Made by a program: the position numbers and the translations under genes
Shown here: in pieces, positions 1-6,961 of the stretch
Layout: the number at the start of each line of letters is the position of its first letter
Numbering within the stretch: the first letter of the stretch is position 1
The notes under the pieces: model-generated
Told to the model about the DNA's origin: nothing
The model's database searches: none
Seen by the model: the letters and a program-made list of their open reading frames with translations, nothing else
Origin: an uncultured Nitrospiraceae bacterium
Lineage (GTDB): Bacteria; Nitrospirota; Thermodesulfovibrionia; Thermodesulfovibrionales; UBA6898
NCBI GenBank assembly: GCA_963811165.1
Contig: CAWEQH010000004.1
Coordinates: 768,001 to 832,000, forward strand
Length of the DNA stretch: 64,000 bases
Reading direction: 5' to 3'

Positions 1-2
1 AG

Positions 3-1166
3 CGGGAGCTGCTTTACAAGGAGGGCCAGCCCTACAGTTTCCGTCTATTGAGCGAGGAGCGGCAGAGGTTATATAAGCTGGGGCTGTTCACCGACGTTGA
101 AGTGGAAACGACAGACGGCGAGGATAGCAAGAAAGATGTGCTCCTGAGGGTCACCGAGGGTAATGCCGGATCGGTGGATTTCGGCGTGGGATACGCCGAT
201 TACGAGAAATTCAGGGGTTTCGTCGGGATAAGCTACCTTAATCTATGGGGCATGAACAGAGAGGGTCTGCTCCGGCTCGAAGTCAGTTCTCTTCAAAACA
301 GGGTAATACTGCAATATAACGAGCCATGGTTTTTCGGGAAGAATCTGCCCTTCAGGACCATTTTCCTTTACGAAAACAGAAAGGAACTTGACCCATCCAC
401 AAAAGATATACTCTATAAACTCCGCCGGTATTCGGTGACGTCCGGTGTGGAGAAAAAACTGAGCGATATCATGAAGGCTGAATTGTATTATGAATTTTCT
501 CTCGTAAGGACGACCGATGTGAAACCCGATGTCATATTGACAAAGGAGGACACCGGGACCCTCGCAATCAGCGGCATTAAGCCCGCGCTGATATACGATA
601 CAAGGGACAACCCTTTTGATCCAAAGAAAGGCATCCTGGCCGGGATCTCGATGAAACTGGCTACCTTCGTCTTTCTGTCTGAGGTCAATTTTATTAAAGG
701 GGAGGTCTACGGAAGCACTTTTCACAAACTGAGCAAGAGGATCACGCTCGCCCTATCGGCCAGGGGCGGCGTAGCATACGGCCTCGGCAGTACCGAAGAT
801 CTTCCGCTGGTCGAGAGGTTTTTCCTCGGCGGCAGGTCGACTGTGAGAGGATATGCGCAGGACGGCCTTGGTCCGAAAGGCCCGGACGGCACGACCCCCA
901 CAGGAGGCAATGCCTACCTCATGGGCAATATTGAATTCAGGACGGACATAGGCAGAGGGTTTGGTATTGTTCCGTTTGTAGATATGGGGAATGTCTGGCT
1001 CAGCGCAAATGATATAACCCCCCTGCAACTGAAATTCACCACCGGCCTGGGCTTGCGATACAACACCCCTGTGGGACCCCTGCGTGTGGACTACGGAGTC
1101 AAGCTCAGCAGGGAAACAGGAGAAAGCAGAGGAGAAATCCATTTCAGTGTGGGACATGCGTTTTAG
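3..1166 (+). CDS. Omp85-family outer membrane protein (BamA/TamA-like), last POTRA plus beta-barrel; 5'-truncated by window edge
   Basis: Frame open from base 3; RLYKLGLF POTRA motif, RFFLGGRSTVRGY, TPVGPLRVDYG, terminal HFSVGHAF beta-signal. Confidence 0.9.
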   Translation, partial: RELLYKEGQPYSFRLLSEERQRLYKLGLFTDVEVETTDGEDSKKDVLLRVTEGNAGSVDFGVGYADYEKFRGFVGISYLNLWGMNREGLLRLEVSSLQNRVILQYNEPWFFGKNLPFRTIFLYENRKELDPSTKDILYKLRRYSVTSGVEKKLSDIMKAELYYEFSLVRTTDVKPDVILTKEDTGTLAISGIKPALIYDTRDNPFDPKKGILAGISMKLATFVFLSEVNFIKGEVYGSTFHKLSKRITLALSARGGVAYGLGSTEDLPLVERFFLGGRSTVRGYAQDGLGPKGPDGTTPTGGNAYLMGNIEFRTDIGRGFGIVPFVDMGNVWLSANDITPLQLKFTTGLGLRYNTPVGPLRVDYGVKLSRETGESRGEIHFSVGHAF

Positions 1167-1207
1167 AACGTGAAACGTGAACAGCGAAAGGTAAAACGGC
1201 GAAAAAG

Positions 1208-1801
1208 ATGAGAACTGAGTGTGAACTTTCTTATTGTCCCGAAGGTGTTCGGGGCCCTCGATCCCTCCGCATAAATATTCTTTCCTCAGGGCCCTCGATC
1301 ATACGCTTAACTTTTTTTGTTTTTTTACTATCCGTGATTCACGTTTCACTATTGACGGTTGCCGAGGCGGAGATTTTTGACAGGGTCGTTGCCTGCGTCG
1401 ATGACCAGGCGATAACGCTGAGCGAGTTTCAGGAGCAATTCAACAGCGCAAAAAAACTCACTCCCGATATCACCGGGGAAGAGGTCCTAGATACAATGAT
1501 AAACCGGTTGCTGCTCCTGCGGGAGGCTAAGAAGTATATGATTGAAGCGCCGTCGAATGAGGAGATGTTAAACGAATATATTGATCTGAAGGTGAGGGCA
1601 TTCATAAGAGTGAGCGAAAAAGATATCGAGGAATTTTATGGGGCCAATAAAGACAAATTTAAGGGCAAGGATTATGATGACGTTCGTGAAGAAATCGAGA
1701 AATACCTTACAGAAAAAGAACTAAACGAAAGGCTTAAAGAGACACTGAAAAAACTCAGGAAAAATGCGTATGTCAAAATGCAGCTTAACCCCGACAAGTG
1801 A
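1208..1801 (+). CDS. SurA N-terminal domain-like periplasmic chaperone (true start may be downstream)
   Basis: Hydrophobic signal then DRVVACVDDQAITLSE and LDTMINRLLLLREAKK; ends LRKNAYVK; adjacent to Omp85 gene. Confidence 0.75.
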   Translation: MRTECELSYCPEGVRGPRSLRINILSSGPSIIRLTFFVFLLSVIHVSLLTVAEAEIFDRVVACVDDQAITLSEFQEQFNSAKKLTPDITGEEVLDTMINRLLLLREAKKYMIEAPSNEEMLNEYIDLKVRAFIRVSEKDIEEFYGANKDKFKGKDYDDVREEIEKYLTEKELNERLKETLKKLRKNAYVKMQLNPDK

Positions 1802-1813
1802 AGGACAACTCTC

Positions 1814-2170
1814 CTATGTGTAGTGTATGGCGACTTCGTATACAATGGCAGAGTGGTCCGCTACGGGCCCCCCTCCTGCGCAGCTGAGTTCCCCCCTTGC
1901 CGCCTCCCTGTGTTTTCTGACCATACCGGTTATTACCTGGGTAAGATCGAAACCGCCGTCAACGCACTCCTTGCTCAAGCAGTCCACTCTAAAATACGCA
2001 TAACTGCCCGGAGTGAATCTGAAAGTGCGAAGCAGGGATTTTATCCCTTGCTGATTATATGTCATACGGATGTCGATGCATGCAACCTCGGGAAAGAGGT
2101 CTGCCATGCAGCCCGCATCAAGTCTCTGCTGCAACCTTTCCGTCCGTGTCACATTTTTTTTGTTATTCAT
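1814..2170 (-). CDS. Cys-containing hypothetical protein downstream of cold-shock gene
   Basis: 118-aa ORF co-oriented with csp, 57 bp downstream; CLSKEC motif plus further Cys. Confidence 0.65.
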   Translation of the reverse strand: MNNKKNVTRTERLQQRLDAGCMADLFPEVACIDIRMTYNQQGIKSLLRTFRFTPGSYAYFRVDCLSKECVDGGFDLTQVITGMVRKHREAARGELSCAGGGPVADHSAIVYEVAIHYT

Positions 2171-2172
2171 GA

Positions 2173-2218
2173 CCTTCTCAAAGAAGGAATGCCCCTTCTT
2201 TGAGAAGGGGCATTCCTT
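2173..2218 (-). promoter_or_regulatory. Two overlapping perfect inverted repeats between csp and downstream gene
   Basis: 16-bp stem 2184-2199/2203-2218 and alternative 15-bp stem 2173-2187/2194-2208. Confidence 0.6.
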
Positions 2219-2227
2219 AATATTTAA

Positions 2228-2428
2228 TTATAGTTTGACGACATTGATCGCTTTCGGGCCTTTCGGGCCTTTTTCAATATCAAAACTGACCTTGTCACCT
2301 TCAGCAAGGCTTTTAAAGCCGTTGCCCTGGATGGACGTATGGTGGACAAACACATCGGTATTGTCTTCTGCAGTAATGAAGCCGAACCCTTTGCTGTCGT
2401 TAAACCACTTCACAGTTCCTTGTGCCAT
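2228..2428 (-). CDS. cspA: Cold-shock protein (CspA family)
   Basis: [15 protein letters not shown] (RNP1), DVFVHH (RNP2); SD GGAGG upstream. Confidence 0.97.
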   Translation of the reverse strand: MAQGTVKWFNDSKGFGFITAEDNTDVFVHHTSIQGNGFKSLAEGDKVSFDIEKGPKGPKAINVVKL

Positions 2429-2470
2429 TTTCTCTACCTCCTTATCTGTAAACTAAATCCCGGAAGACAG

Positions 2471-2509
2471 CAAGAAAAAAGGCCACAAAGTTAAAAGTCT
2501 TTGTGGCCC
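2471..2509 (-). terminator. Intrinsic terminator-like hairpin in csp leader
   Basis: 10-bp stem ggccacaaag/ctttgtggcc (2481-2508) followed on the minus strand by TTTTTTCTT. Confidence 0.65.
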
Positions 2510-2541
2510 TGCAATCGCAAAAACTTCCAAAATTCGTTTGT

Positions 2542-2571
2542 ATTCTAGCACGTCCCTCTATGGCTCGTCAA
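2542..2571 (-). promoter_or_regulatory. sigma70-type promoter for csp
   Basis: Minus strand TTGACG-N18-TAGAAT with extended -10 TG. Confidence 0.65.
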
Positions 2572-2618
2572 GAAAAACGTGCGATAGTGCCTAATCTGTC
2601 CGTCGGAGGCGGTATAAG

Positions 2619-2816
2619 TCAGGAAACCTTGTCTTTAAGCTTCTTGGCGTAGTCGCCGGCATAGTCCCTTACGTCTTCAGCCATATCGGCAATCCTGCCC
2701 CTCATTTTTCTGCCGGAGTATGGGGCGAATAAAAGCGCCAGGCCCGCGCCTACTATTCCGCCTATCAGAAAAGACATGAGTACTGCTGCACCGTTATCAT
2801 CTTCTTTATGAAACAT
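2619..2816 (-). CDS. YtxH domain protein
   Basis: FLIGGIVGAGLALLFAPYSGRKMR signature; SD AGGAGG. Confidence 0.85.
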   Translation of the reverse strand: MFHKEDDNGAAVLMSFLIGGIVGAGLALLFAPYSGRKMRGRIADMAEDVRDYAGDYAKKLKDKVS

Positions 2817-2950
2817 GGGGATACCTCCTTATGGTGAGTTAATTAAAGGGTATCATCAAGTTTTGCGAAGGTCAACCGGTATGATGCATTTATGCTTTTA
2901 AGTTGACGGGGAAATCTGTTATATTCCATGAAGTAGGAGAGGGGGTGCAG

Positions 2951-3859
2951 ATGGGAGTTCTTGAGTGCATAGGCAATACGCCCTTGGTCAGACTCGAGGC
3001 GGTCAACAGCAATCCACACGTGGCCGTGTTGGTCAAACTGGAAGGGAACAACCCCGGCGGATCGGTCAAAGACCGGATCGCGCTTTATATGATTAAAGAC
3101 GCAGAGACAGCGGGTCTTATCGGGAAGGGAGATACGGTCCTTGAGGCGACTTCGGGCAACACCGGTATAGGGCTTGCCATGGTAGGTGCGGCAAAGGGGT
3201 ATAGGGTCAAACTCGTCATGCCGGAATGCGTAAGTCATGAACGCAGGAAGATACTCGAGGCATTTGGCGCCGAACTTGTGCTCAGCCCGGGAAAAGAAGG
3301 GACTGACGGTGCGATAAGGCTGGCCCACAAAATTATGGCGGAGTCACCCGGTGAATATTTCATGCCTAACCAGTTTGACAATCAATCGAATATAAAGGCC
3401 CACTATGAGACTACGGGTAAAGAGATTATCGAGCAGACCGGCGGAGACATCGATGTGTTTGTAGCCGGGATGGGTACTACCGGTACGCTCATGGGGGCAG
3501 GGAAGAGACTTAAGGAGTTTAGGAATACTATCAAGGTCGTCGGCGTAGAACCTCTTCTGGGTCACAGGGTGCAGGGGCTGAAGAATATGAAGGAATCGAT
3601 AGTGCCGAAGATTTACAACGAAGCGGCTCTCGACGAGAAGATAAACGTCAACGATGACGAGGCATTCGATACGACGAGGCTGCTTGCCCTTCGGGAGGGC
3701 CTTTTTGTCGGGATGAGCAGCGGGGCGGCGGTTGCCGGTGCGCTCAAAATTGCCGAAAAAATGAAAAAAGGAAGGATAGTCGTCATATTGCCCGACAGAG
3801 GAGACAGATATCTGAGCACCGCGCTCTTTACGTCGGTCTGCGCGAAATGCCCGCCTTGA
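2951..3859 (+). CDS. cysM: Cysteine synthase (CysM/CysK family, PLP)
   Basis: [46 protein letters not shown] 2951 chosen after a purine-rich SD (track starts at 2903). Confidence 0.92.
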   Translation: MGVLECIGNTPLVRLEAVNSNPHVAVLVKLEGNNPGGSVKDRIALYMIKDAETAGLIGKGDTVLEATSGNTGIGLAMVGAAKGYRVKLVMPECVSHERRKILEAFGAELVLSPGKEGTDGAIRLAHKIMAESPGEYFMPNQFDNQSNIKAHYETTGKEIIEQTGGDIDVFVAGMGTTGTLMGAGKRLKEFRNTIKVVGVEPLLGHRVQGLKNMKESIVPKIYNEAALDEKINVNDDEAFDTTRLLALREGLFVGMSSGAAVAGALKIAEKMKKGRIVVILPDRGDRYLSTALFTSVCAKCPP

Positions 3860-3933
3860 TGGCGGGCGTCCAATGATCTTTTGGAGGCACGGGCCGTATT
3901 GCTTCTTGCCTGAATTAAGCAGGTCGGATTATT

Positions 3934-4305
3934 TCAGTTTCGTGTGATATCTTCAGACGGGGAGAGGCAGGAGAGTACCATGCTTACAAAGCTTATCACC
4001 AGCGCGCCGAAAAAGGCGGCTTTGAAACCCGTGACGTGAAATCCCAGGCTGAATTCCGCAGAAAGCAAAGAAGTCAGCAACAGCATCAGGGCATTTATGA
4101 CGAAGCTGAAAAGTCCCAGTGAAAGTATGAGCAGCGGAAGCGCAAGGAGTTTCACAAACGGTCTTATGAATGTATTGACAAGTCCGAACAGCAATCCTAC
4201 CGCAAGTATTCCCCCCCATCCTCCGCTATAAACAATGCCGGGAACGAATTTAATCGCGAGTATAATCGCGATAGTATTGATGACCCATTTGATGACCATT
4301 TGCAT
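3934..4305 (-). CDS. 4-TM membrane protein, YvlD/DUF360 (phage holin superfamily IV-like)
   Basis: GLVNTFIRPFVKLLALPLLILSLGLFSFVINALML signature. Confidence 0.85.
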   Translation of the reverse strand: MQMVIKWVINTIAIILAIKFVPGIVYSGGWGGILAVGLLFGLVNTFIRPFVKLLALPLLILSLGLFSFVINALMLLLTSLLSAEFSLGFHVTGFKAAFFGALVISFVSMVLSCLSPSEDITRN

Positions 4306-4470
4306 TATTCCTTATTATCCATAATTTTTTAATCCGTTGTAAATAGTATATCTCTCGTAAGTATTCAGGAGGGGACTGTCTGTAAGCGGCTTCAATTTCT
4401 CGTACGCCTGCTACAGGCGATGCGAGCAATTGCCTCGGAGTACCGATTTATCGGGACGAGAATAATTGGG

Positions 4471-5934
4471 CTAAAGCCCGTACTCCTTCCATCTCGAATC
4501 GACAAGCTTCTTGATCTCCTCGGACATGAATAGCTCGTCCGGCCAGTCCCTCATCATTCCTTCCTCACGGGTCTTCCTTGTCGCATCGATCCCCATCTTC
4601 GAACCGTAACGGGGCCAGTTCGCGGCATGGTCGAGGGCGTCGAGAGGACCGTCAGCAAACACTGTGTCGCGCTTCCAGTCGACGTTGTTGAGCACCCTCC
4701 ATGCGGTGTAAGAGAGGTCCTGGACGTCCACATCGTCGTCGACGATTATGAGGAGTTTAGCGAACATCATCTGTCCCTTTCCCCAAAGCCCGCTGATAAT
4801 CTTTTTTGCATGGCCGGGGTAGCTTTTCTTTATTGAAATGATAGCAAAGTTGTGGAACACGCCTTCCATCGGCAAGTTTATGTCCTTTATCTCCGGGAAG
4901 TCCAGGCGGATAAGCGGGAGAAATATCCGTTCCGTGGCCTTCCCCATGTAGCAGTCCTCCATCGGGGGTTTCCCGACGATGGTCGCAGGGTAGATCATGT
5001 CCTTGCGGTGAGTTATGCAAGTCACGTGGAAAACCGGATATAGCTCGGCGGGAGAATAGAAGCCGGTATGGTCTCCAAAGGGGCCTTCAGTCCTGGTTTC
5101 GCCGGGGTCCAGATATCCTTCGATTACCAGTTCGCTGTTTGCAGGGACCTCGATATCCGAAGTTATGCACTTTACCATCTCGACCGGATACCTTCTGAGA
5201 AACCCTGCGAAGATCATTTCGTCGACCGCCTCAGGAAGTGGGGCGCTCGATGCATAGATTACGGCCGGATCGCTTCCCACTGCAATGGCTGCAGGCATGC
5301 GTTTCCCGAGTCTCCAGTATTTGTCGTAGTGTCGTGCACCGTCTTTATGGATATGCCAGTGCATACCGGTTGTTCTTTTGTCATAGATGTGGATCCGATA
5401 CATCCCGCAGTTAGGACGACCTGTCTCCGGATCTTTCGTAAAAACCATCGGCAGAGTTATGAAGCGGCCCTCGTCTTTGGGTTGGCCGTCTTGGGGCCAG
5501 CATTTCAACACCGGGAATCTGCTGAGGTCGGGATTTTCCTTCTCTACTACCTCCTGGCAAGGCGCAGTCTTTACCTGTTTCGGGAAGTACTTCGAGAATT
5601 CAACAAGTTTCGGCAGCATGGAGAGTTTTTCGATGAGACTCCTGGGAGGTGCCTGCTTGAGGAGTCCCTCAATCCTGTCGGCTATATCATCGAGCCTGTT
5701 GACTTCAAGTGACAGGCACATACGCTCGAAAGAGCCGAAAAGATTTGTGACTACAGGAAAAGATGAGCCTTTTACCTTCTCGAAAAAAAGCGCCTTCCCG
5801 CCACCAGGGGATTTGCAGGCGCGGTCGGTAATTTCAGTGATTTCCAAAAGAGGATCCACCTCCGCTTTAATCCGCAAAAGAAGGTCTTTGTTTTCCAGAA
5901 CTTTGATATATTCTCTCAGATCTTTATATGCCAT
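4471..5934 (-). CDS. ubiD: UbiD-family prFMN-dependent decarboxylase (menaquinone-type)
   Basis: DLREYI start, EGPFGDHTGFY, ATIVGKPPMED, LDHA...GSKMGIDATRK; start at MAYKDL (track starts at 5973). Confidence 0.9.
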   Translation of the reverse strand: MAYKDLREYIKVLENKDLLLRIKAEVDPLLEITEITDRACKSPGGGKALFFEKVKGSSFPVVTNLFGSFERMCLSLEVNRLDDIADRIEGLLKQAPPRSLIEKLSMLPKLVEFSKYFPKQVKTAPCQEVVEKENPDLSRFPVLKCWPQDGQPKDEGRFITLPMVFTKDPETGRPNCGMYRIHIYDKRTTGMHWHIHKDGARHYDKYWRLGKRMPAAIAVGSDPAVIYASSAPLPEAVDEMIFAGFLRRYPVEMVKCITSDIEVPANSELVIEGYLDPGETRTEGPFGDHTGFYSPAELYPVFHVTCITHRKDMIYPATIVGKPPMEDCYMGKATERIFLPLIRLDFPEIKDINLPMEGVFHNFAIISIKKSYPGHAKKIISGLWGKGQMMFAKLLIIVDDDVDVQDLSYTAWRVLNNVDWKRDTVFADGPLDALDHAANWPRYGSKMGIDATRKTREEGMMRDWPDELFMSEEIKKLVDSRWKEYGL

Positions 5935-6036
5935 GCCGCATCCTCCCGCACAGATAAAATCATATAATACCATAGCCCAAGACCGCGAAAATAGCCGTTT
6001 TAATGATTAAGTGGTCGAAATTAAACTAAAATTTTC

Positions 6037-6065
6037 TTGACAAGAAGCTATCTCCTTAATATAAT
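6037..6065 (+). promoter_or_regulatory. Consensus sigma70 promoter of ihfA operon
   Basis: Perfect TTGACA-N17-TATAAT ending 25 bp before the GTG start. Confidence 0.85.
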
Positions 6066-6090
6066 TAAGAAAATTTGTTAGGGGAGAGGT

Positions 6091-6378
6091 GTGATGACAA
6101 AAGCCGATCTTGTTGATGCAATTTTTGAGAAGGTGGGTCTGTCGAAGAAGGAGGCCCAGGATATTGTTGAGATCCTTTTTGACACTATGAAGCTAACCTT
6201 TGCGGAAGGAGAATCAATAAAGATCTCCGGCTTCGGCACTTTTAACGTGAGAAAAAAAATGGCCCGCAGGGGGAGGAACCCAAAGACAGGACAGGATCTT
6301 GAAATAACACCGAGGAGGGTCATAACCTTCAGGGTCAGTAACCAGTTGAAAGAAGAGATAGAAAAACTGAATGCATAA
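6091..6378 (+). CDS. ihfA: Integration host factor alpha subunit
   Basis: MTKADL, KISGFGTF, RRGRNPKTG, ITPRRVITF; ihfA-merR-tRNAPro synteny. Confidence 0.92.
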   Translation: MMTKADLVDAIFEKVGLSKKEAQDIVEILFDTMKLTFAEGESIKISGFGTFNVRKKMARRGRNPKTGQDLEITPRRVITFRVSNQLKEEIEKLNA

Positions 6379-6766
6379 GCCTGCAGCAGAAAATATTAAG
6401 ACTTCGTTGCCGCTGCCCAACAAGCTTTTTTACAAAATCGGCGAGGTGGGAAAAATAACAGGAGTGGAGCCGTATGTGTTAAGATACTGGGAGACGGAGT
6501 TCCACTTCCTCCGGCCGAGAAAGAACAAGGCCGGTCAGCGGGTATATGTGAAGAAGGACCTCGAATTGATTATGCATGTCAAGAAGATGCTGTATCAGGA
6601 GAGGTATACGATAGAGGGCGTCAGAAAGAGGTTCGGTGAAGGTATGCTCAGAGAGGCCGAACAGGAGACGGCGTCCGATAAGAAGATGAAGAGTTCTCGA
6701 AACCCCGCCGAAGTCATTGAATTCGTCAAGAAAAGACTCAAAGAGATTTTGGAGCAGTTGAAATAA
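6371..6766 (+). CDS. MerR-family HTH regulator
   Basis: YKIGEV...VLRYWETEF...GQRVY; overlaps ihfA stop. Confidence 0.9.
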   Translation: MHKPAAENIKTSLPLPNKLFYKIGEVGKITGVEPYVLRYWETEFHFLRPRKNKAGQRVYVKKDLELIMHVKKMLYQERYTIEGVRKRFGEGMLREAEQETASDKKMKSSRNPAEVIEFVKKRLKEILEQLK

Positions 6767-6767
6767 T

Positions 6768-6844
6768 CGGGGCGTAGCGCAGCTTGGTAGCGCACTCGCT
6801 TGGGGTGCGAGTGGTCGCCTGTTCAAATCAGGTCGCCCCGACCA
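6768..6844 (+). tRNA. tRNA-Pro (GGG)
   Basis: CGGGGCG/CGCCCCG acceptor stem, anticodon arm ctcgc-ttGGGgt-gcgag, GTTCAAATC T-loop, encoded CCA. Confidence 0.97.
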
Positions 6845-6852
6845 ATAAAATC

Positions 6853-6889
6853 AGGGACTTACAAGGTTTTGTAGGTCCTTCATTTTTTT
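6853..6889 (+). terminator. Intrinsic terminator after tRNA-Pro
   Basis: 12-bp stem with two G-U pairs (6853-6864/6869-6880) followed by a T7 run. Confidence 0.7.
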
Positions 6890-6961
6890 GATGTCGTGAA
6901 GATGTGGGAATATTACGACATTGTCACTACAAATGTAGAAGTTTTTTTTGCAACTTCGAGT

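Noticed and set aside
3934..4305. Holin as evidence of a prophage
   Set aside because: The YvlD/DUF360 family is commonly chromosomal; no endolysin, integrase or structural genes nearby.
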